Below are positions 48,855 to 58,118 of a stretch of DNA of 64,000 bases, piece by piece; the first letter of the stretch is position 1; the number at the start of each line of letters is the position of its first letter. Source of the stretch: Candidatus Latescibacterota bacterium (lineage in GTDB: Bacteria; Latescibacterota; UBA2968). The notes under the pieces were generated by a model. It was not told the DNA's origin. It made no database searches and saw only the letters and a program-made list of their open reading frames with translations. The DNA lies in assembly GCA_965207885.1 (NCBI GenBank), contig OZ242311.1, positions 3,776,001-3,840,000 on the forward strand. The letters are read 5' to 3'. The translations under genes and the position numbers were made by a program.

Positions 48855-49397
48855 CTATTTTTTTAGTACATCATAAAACTGCCGACCATAACTAATCAGT
48901 GAAACAACGAGAAACGCAACACTCAGACCAATCAGCGCGGGCTTAAGCGCATCGGCATCCCACAAATAGGCCAAAAGCAACCCACTCAGCACCAGCGTTG
49001 TGACCTTGCCCCAAAAATTGGAAGACAATAACACATCGTGTCGCTTAACCAGATACATCCCCGCAAAAAAAATCACCACATCGCGCAACAAAACGACCAC
49101 AACCAGCCATACGGGCAAATCTTTGAACACAACCATGGCAATTGTAATCGCACCAACAGCCACTTTATCAGCCAGAGGATCAAGAATCTTCCCCCACTGT
49201 GAAATTTCATCCCGCCAGCGCGCGAGCCACCCATCTATCCAATCGCTGACAATCATCACTACCACCACGCCGAAAGCTTCCCATACATAATCCGGCCCCA
49301 ATGCAATAAGCCATATAGCGGGCAGAGTCAGCACCACGCGCAACAAACTAACGGCATTTGACAGCGTCCAGAAACGATCTCGTTCAGTACTTCCCAT
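48855..49397 (-). CDS. CDP-alcohol phosphatidyltransferase (PgsA-like)
   Basis: 'N.VSLLR', 'SDWIDGWLAR...S.WGKILDPLADK', 'RD', 'GK'. Confidence 0.9.
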   Translation of the reverse strand: MGSTERDRFWTLSNAVSLLRVVLTLPAIWLIALGPDYVWEAFGVVVVMIVSDWIDGWLARWRDEISQWGKILDPLADKVAVGAITIAMVVFKDLPVWLVVVVLLRDVVIFFAGMYLVKRHDVLLSSNFWGKVTTLVLSGLLLAYLWDADALKPALIGLSVAFLVVSLISYGRQFYDVLKK

Positions 49398-49405
49398 ACA
49401 ACACC

Positions 49406-50137
49406 TCACGACAACATCAATTTCAGTCCAATTCCCAGCACCAGAACCAGCACACTGCGGTTAAACCACACTGGGGACAACCGTCGATTCAAAAACAAAC
49501 CGACCGCAGCCCCCAGGAACAAAGCCGGCAACATCCACACATCCATCATCAGACTCTGGAAATTAATCAACCCCAAAAAAACATAAGGCGTCAACTTCAA
49601 AAAATTCAAAACAATGCCAAAAATCCACGCAGTACCCACAAACGTGCGCCCGACCAGACCCTGCGGCAACAAATACAACATCAAAATCACGCCTCCCGCA
49701 GAAACCAATGTGGAAACCACCCCCAAAGTCACGCCAACGCCAAAACGCATCCACGGTCCCGGTGGTCGTACATTCACCAGTACCCGGTCCCTCATGGCCT
49801 GTAGCACTGCAAAAATACATGCCAGAGCGCCTAACATGCGCCGAAACCAGACCTCTGGCACGATATCCAGAATACCCGCACCAATCAAAATACCCAGCAC
49901 CATGCCGGGCATCAACGCCTTGACATGGTCTCCAACCCAATGCCCCCAGTAGTACCGCGCACTGATCACATCGGTTGCCAGAGAAAGTGGCAAAACAAGC
50001 CCCAGCGCGGACTTTGCGGGCACTGCGAGCGCGAGAACCGGCACAGCCACCACACCAATGCCACCGCCAAATCCCGCGCGCATCACGCCAATCAAAAAAC
50101 CGCCGACCCCCAACACGACAAAATCAATTATGTCCAT
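49406..50137 (-). CDS. TauE/SafE (sulfite exporter) family membrane protein
   Basis: 'GFGGGIG..AVP', 'LPL...D', 'STL.SAGG', 'FVGT', 'N.LK..Y'. Confidence 0.85.
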   Translation of the reverse strand: MDIIDFVVLGVGGFLIGVMRAGFGGGIGVVAVPVLALAVPAKSALGLVLPLSLATDVISARYYWGHWVGDHVKALMPGMVLGILIGAGILDIVPEVWFRRMLGALACIFAVLQAMRDRVLVNVRPPGPWMRFGVGVTLGVVSTLVSAGGVILMLYLLPQGLVGRTFVGTAWIFGIVLNFLKLTPYVFLGLINFQSLMMDVWMLPALFLGAAVGLFLNRRLSPVWFNRSVLVLVLGIGLKLMLS

Positions 50138-50945
50138 CAGCGGTTACCTTCACACTTCCACGCCATATCTCAAACGCATTCGCCGCTGGCCCCACCAGAA
50201 ACAGCGCGTAAAACGGCGCGTAAATCGCTTCATTCAAGCGCAAAATCATCTCGACAAAAGCCACCAGAAACGCGACAAAACACTGTCCTTTTCGCGTCAA
50301 TACAGTCGTTCTGGGGTCTGTAATCATAAAAAAAATGAACAACTGATACATTGGTCCTGTAATCGGCGCAATACTCGTCAAATACGCCTGCCCGGTAAAC
50401 GCGCAACGGATGAGGGCAAAGGCCAAAAATGAAATAACATATACCGCGCAGATATGAAATCGCCGCAATCGCCAGAGCGCAGCACTTCCCAGAATCCAGA
50501 TGATTACCATTGTCCACAGGGTATTGCCCCACTGGATACTCAACCCCGCCACCACTTCAGGGGCGAGAAACAGCATAATACTCACCCCAAAATTGGACGG
50601 ATTCCACAAATGCCTGCCGCGCCATCGCAACACATACTTAGATGCAATAGACAATACACTGCACAACACATAAGGCCAAAACAGAGGCGAGCGGATCAAA
50701 ATCCCCACACTAATCCCGGTAATATACGCACTGACCAGCCCCGGCCACACCCCCCACGTCAATCGCCCCAGTGCAAATTCCGTCAGCACGCTACTCAGGA
50801 TAGCTGTCAGCGTCTGCCCCAAACTCTCCAAAAATCCAAAAGTAACCTGCCCTCCAATCAGAATGCACGTAATCAATGCCGGCGACAGATAACGGCTTTG
50901 CAATCCCGCCCAGACCGACTTCCATAACCCGCTCGCTCGATCCAT
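50124..50945 (-). CDS. RnfD/NqrB-like (UnbU-like) membrane protein lacking the FMN-Thr loop
   Basis: 'SAYITG', 'SKY...RHLWNPSNFG', 'FFMITDPRT'. No SGAT/TGAT motif. Confidence 0.8.
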   Translation of the reverse strand: MDRASGLWKSVWAGLQSRYLSPALITCILIGGQVTFGFLESLGQTLTAILSSVLTEFALGRLTWGVWPGLVSAYITGISVGILIRSPLFWPYVLCSVLSIASKYVLRWRGRHLWNPSNFGVSIMLFLAPEVVAGLSIQWGNTLWTMVIIWILGSAALWRLRRFHICAVYVISFLAFALIRCAFTGQAYLTSIAPITGPMYQLFIFFMITDPRTTVLTRKGQCFVAFLVAFVEMILRLNEAIYAPFYALFLVGPAANAFEIWRGSVKVTADGHN

Positions 50946-50946
50946 T

Positions 50947-52749
50947 TCAATTCTCTAAAATCCGATGCACCCGCCGCACCTCGGGCGCGTAAAACATCTG
51001 TACCCGTCCCGACGGCCAGCGTATTGCAATGCTATCAACCGCCGCGCCCTCGCCTAACCCAAAATGCAGCGGGCGTTGATTCTGTGCGGCATAGCCACTA
51101 CCGCCCGACACCTCCTGCACCTGCACCTCGCCATTCCAAAACACCTGCACCTGCGCCCCAATCGCACTGCGATTGCTCTGCTGCCCAACCAGATCGAACC
51201 CAATCCAGTTTGCCTCTGTCCGCACTGTATTGCGGTACAACAAAAGCGGTCCCCGCTGATTGGCCACCACCACGTCCAGCACCCCCCGGTTCCACAGATC
51301 TACCAGAGCCACTGCGCGCCCGTCGAATCGGTCCCGAACCCCCACTGCCTGTGCCACCTCGACAAATTGCCCCACCCCGTCGTTCACCCAAACGCACTTG
51401 GTCTGATGGCCTGCCAAGCTCCTGCCCCGCATCGGCGGCCAGTTTTTTGCATCAGAAATAATCGCGCTATGCCCGCCCGCCACCTGAGAAAAATCGTACC
51501 AGTAATTCCCATTTCCTTCTGCCGAAACATACCCATTGGTCAAAACGAGATCTAGCGCCCCATCGTTGTTCAAATCCCCAAACTGCGCGCCAAAACTCCA
51601 CCCGCCCAGATCCACGCCCATCGCCCCGGCCAAATTCTCAAACCGCAAGGTCTCGCCCCCCAGGGGCACCCACAAATTATTCCCCTGAATGAGAACGCCA
51701 GCCTGAGAAATATTGGTCTCGTAAATTGCCAGATCTCCCCGATTCAGCACATCGCCAAATGCGGCATTCATCCCGCTCTTTGGCTGGCGGCCCACCCCAG
51801 CTTGCTCTCCCATCTCGACAAACCGTTTTCCGCCCTCGTTCACATACAACTCGGAAATCCCGTAATCATTGGACAAAAACAGGTCGGGAAACCCGGAACC
51901 ATTCAAATCCACCGCACCCACCGCCAGTGTCCACCTCCTGCTCGCGATCCCGACCCTCATCGTCACATCTTCAAATGTCCCATCGCCCAAATTCCGCAAC
52001 AAATACTTCCGCCCCCCATTATTCGCGTATTCAAAACTCTCCGGCATCATCCGCGTGGACTCCAAATCCCACAAATTCAGGGACTCGGGCCAGTAACCCG
52101 CCACAAAAATATCCAGATACCCATCGCAGTCGTAATCTACCCAAATTGCACTCCCTGCATTGATCCACTTGGGCAAACCCGCTGTTTCCGTCACGCGCTC
52201 AAATCCCTCCCCCTCCCGATTGCGAAACAACTCGGGACGACCCCATTTATACAAAAACAAATCTTCGAACCCATCGTTGTCGTAATCACCCCACACAGAC
52301 CCCATACTCACGCCCGCCCGATTCACATCCGCCACACCCATTGCAGTAGCCACATCTTCAAAACCCATCCCTCCCAAATTGCGATACAGCCGGTTCAAAC
52401 TGCCCTTCCGACTACTGGTCACATACAAATCCTGCCAGCCATCCCTGTCGTAATCCACCACCGACACTGCCGCGCCCATCGACGCGATAATCGGCATAAT
52501 ATGATCCAGTTTCGCATCCAGCACAGGCGCTTCATGTACAAAATCGATCCCCACCTGTTTTCCAACTTCCTTCAGATGGAATCCATATCGTTCACTGCTG
52601 ACAGAGGATAAGTCAGTACCCATTTCCCCCACCTGCCATCCCCCCCATTTCATCGCGCCCAGCGCCACCAGCAATAGCCCAAAAAACAGCACCACCAGAA
52701 TCCGCACAACGCGATTGGGATGCCTCTCCTCTATCCCGCTGTCTTTCAT
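50947..52749 (-). CDS. CRTAC1/UnbV family protein (FG-GAP repeats + ASPIC/UnbV), N-terminal TM anchor
   Basis: Repeated 'DYDxDG..D', 'LYRN', 'NRSAIGAQV', 'GGSGYAAQ...LHFGLG...IRWPSG'. Confidence 0.9.
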   Translation of the reverse strand: MKDSGIEERHPNRVVRILVVLFFGLLLVALGAMKWGGWQVGEMGTDLSSVSSERYGFHLKEVGKQVGIDFVHEAPVLDAKLDHIMPIIASMGAAVSVVDYDRDGWQDLYVTSSRKGSLNRLYRNLGGMGFEDVATAMGVADVNRAGVSMGSVWGDYDNDGFEDLFLYKWGRPELFRNREGEGFERVTETAGLPKWINAGSAIWVDYDCDGYLDIFVAGYWPESLNLWDLESTRMMPESFEYANNGGRKYLLRNLGDGTFEDVTMRVGIASRRWTLAVGAVDLNGSGFPDLFLSNDYGISELYVNEGGKRFVEMGEQAGVGRQPKSGMNAAFGDVLNRGDLAIYETNISQAGVLIQGNNLWVPLGGETLRFENLAGAMGVDLGGWSFGAQFGDLNNDGALDLVLTNGYVSAEGNGNYWYDFSQVAGGHSAIISDAKNWPPMRGRSLAGHQTKCVWVNDGVGQFVEVAQAVGVRDRFDGRAVALVDLWNRGVLDVVVANQRGPLLLYRNTVRTEANWIGFDLVGQQSNRSAIGAQVQVFWNGEVQVQEVSGGSGYAAQNQRPLHFGLGEGAAVDSIAIRWPSGRVQMFYAPEVRRVHRILEN

Positions 52750-55700
52750 GGTCTGTCATTCCTCAGCGCGCGATCAAACCAATCGGGCGTCACATACCGC
52801 GTGTGAAACCGCTGCCAGTCCTCTGCATTGCGCTTAAATACCGGATCATCTTCAAGTGTTGTAGGCACGCGATCATAAGACAAAACTCCATGCGCAGGCA
52901 AGGGCAACACCGTCGTTGAAAAAGCCGTATTATAATCGCCATCCTTAACCCACCCATCGCCTTTCAAAACAAAGTCCCGCACCAGTTCTCCAGGATCGGG
53001 CAAAGCCACAAACAGCAACTGGATTTCATCTCCCGCATTCACAATCGCATATCGGTCATCGACCTGTGTCAGCAATGGCTCTACATCTCCATATCGCGTG
53101 TAATATCCCACGAGATCTCGCCACATCTGAGAAGTCCCGCCAAGCGCGTGATAATCCGGCACCTCGGGCGAACTCGCATCCGCCTCCGCCACCTGTGAAA
53201 ACCCGCGATAACGCAACTGCGCACGCGCCAAAGGCACAGATTGAACCGTCATCACACTATCTTCAAGCGGCACGGCCCATGCCAAACGATCCCAATAAAT
53301 CTCCAGATTGGTCTGTAATCTAAATTTTCGGGGAACATCTCGCGGAAAAACGCCGCTCAGATCGATCAACACCGTCTTGCGCTTCCCGGCTGGAAAACCC
53401 AGATCTGGATGCGCGACGCGCCAATCAGCTCCGTCAAATACATGCAGAGAAAGGCCCTGGGGTGGCGGATGGCTACCCTGCCCCAGCGCCACATTGATCG
53501 AACTATCCGTCGGATGAATCCATCCCTGACCGACCAGCCACAAAGGTCCTTCTCTGGGCGCTTCGTCTCCCACCGCCACCTCCACATAGTGTTCTCGCGT
53601 CACCCCTTGATAAATACCCCGCCCAAAAGTATCCACATACTGTCCATCCCGCGCCCGCACCCTATCGGTCACATCGCGCCCCCGATCATCTTTCACAACA
53701 GCAAATGACTGGGGCTGCGTAGTCGCGTAAATCTCAAGCGATGGCGCGACCCGGGCAAAACGCTCATCCACAAAAATCGCCGTCCCCTCGGGGTGATCAA
53801 CTGCAACGAGAGACACCCAATCGACAAAATGCGTCTCCCACAGTTCACCCGTAATCCGTATATCGTACACCCCATTTTGTGCAATTAGCTGATCGCCTCT
53901 AACCTTCACCCAATCTTCCGTCTGATCAATACCCGCAACCACCTGGGCATTAATCCGCATCCCCAGAGGTGACCGCCACAGAAAATCCGTTACAAACACC
54001 ATCTCCGCCCCATTGTGCGCAAACACCCAGGGGCACGACCCCTTCAACCGCTGTACAGCACGCGCCACCTGATCCACCTCCAGATCGAACTCCACCTGAG
54101 GCATCCCATTGGGCCACACAATCCGCACGAGATCTGCCCCCGTATAAGTCCCCAACCCAAAATGCACCACCGGATCCATCACCACTTGCTTCTGATAGAA
54201 CGCACCCGAACGCAATTCCACTTCTGCACCCAGACCCAGTGCATTGATCCGCCCATCGCCAAAAGCCCTACCGCCCACGGGACGAATCGCCTGCCAATGA
54301 TACGCCAAATTACCTCGATTCACCAGTTGCAGTGCCTCGTCTGCATCCGAAATACCCAGCAAATCGAGCCGACCATCGCCCGTCAAATCCGCCACACCAG
54401 TCACGCGCGCTTGCAGGTCCAGAGCATGGTAAGCCTCTTCCGACGCCAGAAAGGCGCGTTTGCCAAACACCAGATCCAGCGCGCCATTATTATCCAGATC
54501 CGCTATGAGAAGCGAAGCAGGACCAGCGGTTGAATCACCCTGAATCAGCGTGCGCATCTCCCCTTGCGACACAGCCATCACAGTGCCATCTCGATCTACA
54601 ACCACGCGCTCTAAGCGCCCGTCTCGATCCAGATCTCCCGCGCTCAGGGCAACCCCATTCACCGCCTTCTTCGCCCCCGGCGTAAATACACCCGCCCGCT
54701 CGTTAATCGCCTCGGTCAACTGCCCTTCCCGATCCAGCATCGCCGCATCGGGATCGCCATCCCCATCGCAATCTACCCACACAAATCCCCTCAATCCATC
54801 TACATTACCGAAAAGTTCTCGCGCCACAAATGAACCATCCCCATTGTTTTGCAACACGAGAGGCGGTCCTGTAGAACGTCCCAATACGAAATCGACATCC
54901 CCATCCATCTCTACATCTGCTCCCCACACGCCAGCTATCTCTTCTTCGTCCAACCCGATGGAATCCGTCACATCCTCAATCCCGCCATCCTCAGCGCGTC
55001 GGAACAATCGAAAACCCTCTGCCCCCACCAGCGCCAGATCTAACGCAAAATCGTTATTCCAATCAACTGTCAGCATCCCACCCATCTCCGACACATCTGG
55101 AAAATCGAGCGCAATCCCCTCCGCCCCCCACACTTGAGAAGCACTCGCCGCAACCACCCCTACCTCTTCTTTCGACCAAAAAGGCTTGAGCACCTGCCAA
55201 TCACTTCCCTCCAGACCCACAACGGGTTCTGGTTCAAAGTGCATGTCTAAATCCGCAGGCGCTGGCATAGCCTGGGGCGCATTGAACTTCAAAAATTCAA
55301 CTATGGGATCTCCCAGGCGTTCAGCCGGCACAATCAGCGCATCCAGAGCGCGCCGATACATCGGATCGCGCAACAACACATTGTGCAAAAACATCGCTTG
55401 CACAGCTACCTCACTCCCCCCTTCCATCTCGCCCTGCAAGCCGCGCAACTGCACCCGCGCCGCATCCGGCCAACCTTCCGCCCACTCTCCCAACTTCTCC
55501 ACCGATGCGCGCAGAGCCTCTTCATCATCCCGTTTGCCCGCCTGCCTCGCCCGCTCCAGCCACAACGCGGGATTATCCGGCACCTGTCTGATCAATACCT
55601 CCAACTGTGCCCAGACCTCGTCCTCGCTCCCTGCTCCTCCCCGTCGCTCGACCTCCTTCATCAGTGCGTATCGCGCCTTTACAAGCCCCTGTTGCGCCGC

Positions 55701-56069
55701 TTCCTCGAAAAACGCGATAGCAGCATCGGATTGTCCCCTACTGCGCTCGACCAGTCCCTGTAACATCACAATATCGCCACTTTCGGGCATCAGTGAACGC
55801 GCTGTCTTCAGGTCTTTTGCAGCCCCATCGTAATCCCCGCGCCGCAACCGCAACACCCCGCGATTTGCCCACGCAGCTGGCTCATCGGGTTCCATTATAA
55901 GAGCACGGCTCAAACTGGCATCCGCCCGGTCAAAAGCCCCCACCTCCAGCGCGAACACACCCGTATAGAATGCGGAGACATAATCCGGGGATGGCGTAGC
56001 CATCTCCTCGTCTCCGCATCCAAAACTCAACACCATCAACAACCCGATCGTGCGACGAATATCAAGCAT
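52746..56069 (-). CDS. Large lipoprotein with TPR, FG-GAP repeats, ASPIC/UnbV and a C-terminal 'GSCP' domain
   Basis: Lipobox 'SFGC', TPR 'AAWANRGVL', FG-GAP repeats, 'VHFGLG...IVWPNG', 'LKGSCPWVF', 'DGWVKDGD.NT'. Confidence 0.85.
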   Translation of the reverse strand: MLDIRRTIGLLMVLSFGCGDEEMATPSPDYVSAFYTGVFALEVGAFDRADASLSRALIMEPDEPAAWANRGVLRLRRGDYDGAAKDLKTARSLMPESGDIVMLQGLVERSRGQSDAAIAFFEEAAQQGLVKARYALMKEVERRGGAGSEDEVWAQLEVLIRQVPDNPALWLERARQAGKRDDEEALRASVEKLGEWAEGWPDAARVQLRGLQGEMEGGSEVAVQAMFLHNVLLRDPMYRRALDALIVPAERLGDPIVEFLKFNAPQAMPAPADLDMHFEPEPVVGLEGSDWQVLKPFWSKEEVGVVAASASQVWGAEGIALDFPDVSEMGGMLTVDWNNDFALDLALVGAEGFRLFRRAEDGGIEDVTDSIGLDEEEIAGVWGADVEMDGDVDFVLGRSTGPPLVLQNNGDGSFVARELFGNVDGLRGFVWVDCDGDGDPDAAMLDREGQLTEAINERAGVFTPGAKKAVNGVALSAGDLDRDGRLERVVVDRDGTVMAVSQGEMRTLIQGDSTAGPASLLIADLDNNGALDLVFGKRAFLASEEAYHALDLQARVTGVADLTGDGRLDLLGISDADEALQLVNRGNLAYHWQAIRPVGGRAFGDGRINALGLGAEVELRSGAFYQKQVVMDPVVHFGLGTYTGADLVRIVWPNGMPQVEFDLEVDQVARAVQRLKGSCPWVFAHNGAEMVFVTDFLWRSPLGMRINAQVVAGIDQTEDWVKVRGDQLIAQNGVYDIRITGELWETHFVDWVSLVAVDHPEGTAIFVDERFARVAPSLEIYATTQPQSFAVVKDDRGRDVTDRVRARDGQYVDTFGRGIYQGVTREHYVEVAVGDEAPREGPLWLVGQGWIHPTDSSINVALGQGSHPPPQGLSLHVFDGADWRVAHPDLGFPAGKRKTVLIDLSGVFPRDVPRKFRLQTNLEIYWDRLAWAVPLEDSVMTVQSVPLARAQLRYRGFSQVAEADASSPEVPDYHALGGTSQMWRDLVGYYTRYGDVEPLLTQVDDRYAIVNAGDEIQLLFVALPDPGELVRDFVLKGDGWVKDGDYNTAFSTTVLPLPAHGVLSYDRVPTTLEDDPVFKRNAEDWQRFHTRYVTPDWFDRALRNDRP

Positions 56070-58044
56070 CGTGCTCCTTCCATCCCGGTATCGAAATATC
56101 CATCCTTCGCTCAGGCGCGTAGATCCTATCCCCCTTATAAGGCGTATCCTGAGTCAGAATATAAATGGCACCCTCGTGCACATACGTAATCTCATCCCTC
56201 GAATCTCCCACCACATCTTCCACGACCCCACCCAACCAATCGAATGGCACCCCCTCGCACACGGGTTTGATCACCTTGCGGCACTCTGCATCGTAAAACC
56301 CGAATGATTCCCCACTGGTACTGATAAACAATAACTCTTGCCCGTCGCCTGCCCAGTTCACAGCCGGTCCCCCCTGGCTCATGTTATCCGGCTCCATCCG
56401 GGACAGCGGATCCCCCTGCCCACTCACCAGATTCATAATCCCATAAGTTCCCCACCGATCGCCCATCCACATCTCCAACCCCGGCAAATCGGGTCTAAAA
56501 TTCCCCGCGTAAATCCCCTGCACATGCCCATAGCGGAGGTGACTCAACAAAGAGCCATCCCGCGCATCCACCAGGAAAAATCCCGGATCGCTCCCCGCAA
56601 TCCCAACCTCTGGCCCATTGCTCTCATCCCCATCCAATTCCCCAAAAGAAGCGTGGTCAATATGCCCTGCACCACCGGAATCCTCGATGTACTCCGAACC
56701 CTCCATTGTCCAGAGATGATTTCCATCCCCATCGTAAAGATCGTAACCGGGCAAAATTTCATCCCGCCCGTCGCCATCCACATCGTAAAACCAGATATAC
56801 ATCCCGTACCACGCATTGTGCGCATCCTGTCGCCAGCGCAAATTCAAATTTTCGTCAAATGCCCAGATCGAATACCCGGTACCTGCGCCGTCGCCATCTC
56901 GCAAAATCAAATCCTGTGCCTTCTCCGTCTTTCTAATTTTACACGGCCAGATCACCCGGAGCGAATGCAAAACATCTCCCATGCTCGCATTCCTGTATCC
57001 CCGATACGGTCCCGTCCTCGGCAGTTCTGTTTCCGCCGTCACCTCACCCGACTTTCCGCTCACCAGCTTTAACCTGTCATCCTCAATACCGATAAAATCT
57101 TCCACTCCATCCCCATCCAGGTCGTGTACCACAGATCTTTGCAACCCTTTTGCAGCGGGAAAAGTCTGATCGTATTGTACTTCCCCGTCAAAATTTAAGC
57201 ACACAACGCGCACGCCTTCATCCGTCTCCTTCTGCAACACAATTTCCTTTTGCCCTGCCCCTCTAAAATCGCCGTATCGGGCCTCACACGGCCAGAACTC
57301 GCCGATATCAATCCGCTTCCACAGCACGGGCTTCGGATACTTCTCAGCCTCCTCTGCCACCTCTTTCTCATAAGCGTCCAACCGACTCACATACGCGGCA
57401 TTGGCAGATGTTGTAACGCGCACCGCGCGCATGCGACTTCGCGTATTTGTACGCACGCCCACTTTCCCCGTTGGAAAGCGATCGTCATACGCTACAAATG
57501 CCTGCTCCCCATTCACATAACACGCAAACCGCTCGCCCTCACACACCACTTTTAGCGTGTAATACTGCCCCCTATCAAATCCATTGGGAAGATCCGCCAG
57601 CATCGTCCAGGCCTCGTCTTCTCTCCGATAGAGCACAAACCGGTCAAACCCTTCCATACAAAAATAATAATACCGCCTCAAATCCTGATATCGCACCATA
57701 ACCCCCGACCGGGCGACAATCGCATGGGGATCGTCATTGCCCGGCTGGGTATATGCGTTCAACTGTCGCACCTGCGCTTCCACCGTGTAATCCCCCCACA
57801 GCGGCTCACCCGTTATCAGGCACCGATCCGACTTGGCAGTGTGCTCCAACACCTCTGTGTCCCCATCTTTCACCACCCGATAATTACTCAGCATATTCCA
57901 CTTTGGGGGCGCAACCAGCGCATTTCCCCAACCCTTGAAATATTGCTCCTCGATACTCTGATCCGGTTCTGTCTTATCCAGCACCGTACCCAGCGGACAT
58001 CCCGACAGGTCAATCTCTGCCAGCAATTGTTCATTGCTTGCCAT
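56062..58044 (-). CDS. Concanavalin/DUF1080-like N-domain plus PL11-like FG-GAP propeller protein
   Basis: 'WGDYTVEA', 'GKVG', 'DVDGDGRDEIL.GY', 'GHIDH', 'GNFRPDLPGLE'. No signal peptide. Confidence 0.6.
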   Translation of the reverse strand: MASNEQLLAEIDLSGCPLGTVLDKTEPDQSIEEQYFKGWGNALVAPPKWNMLSNYRVVKDGDTEVLEHTAKSDRCLITGEPLWGDYTVEAQVRQLNAYTQPGNDDPHAIVARSGVMVRYQDLRRYYYFCMEGFDRFVLYRREDEAWTMLADLPNGFDRGQYYTLKVVCEGERFACYVNGEQAFVAYDDRFPTGKVGVRTNTRSRMRAVRVTTSANAAYVSRLDAYEKEVAEEAEKYPKPVLWKRIDIGEFWPCEARYGDFRGAGQKEIVLQKETDEGVRVVCLNFDGEVQYDQTFPAAKGLQRSVVHDLDGDGVEDFIGIEDDRLKLVSGKSGEVTAETELPRTGPYRGYRNASMGDVLHSLRVIWPCKIRKTEKAQDLILRDGDGAGTGYSIWAFDENLNLRWRQDAHNAWYGMYIWFYDVDGDGRDEILPGYDLYDGDGNHLWTMEGSEYIEDSGGAGHIDHASFGELDGDESNGPEVGIAGSDPGFFLVDARDGSLLSHLRYGHVQGIYAGNFRPDLPGLEMWMGDRWGTYGIMNLVSGQGDPLSRMEPDNMSQGGPAVNWAGDGQELLFISTSGESFGFYDAECRKVIKPVCEGVPFDWLGGVVEDVVGDSRDEITYVHEGAIYILTQDTPYKGDRIYAPERRMDISIPGWKEHDA

Positions 58045-58118
58045 GTCTTCCTCCCTGTTAAAAAATTGGAAATTACATCGACGCGGTATACCTTATCCTA
58101 CCATCAATAAACCCGAAC

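Noticed and set aside
50124-56069. Enediyne biosynthetic cluster or Rnf/Nqr respiratory complex
   Set aside because: No PKS, thioesterase or other rnf/nqr subunits in the window, and the FMN attachment motif is absent.
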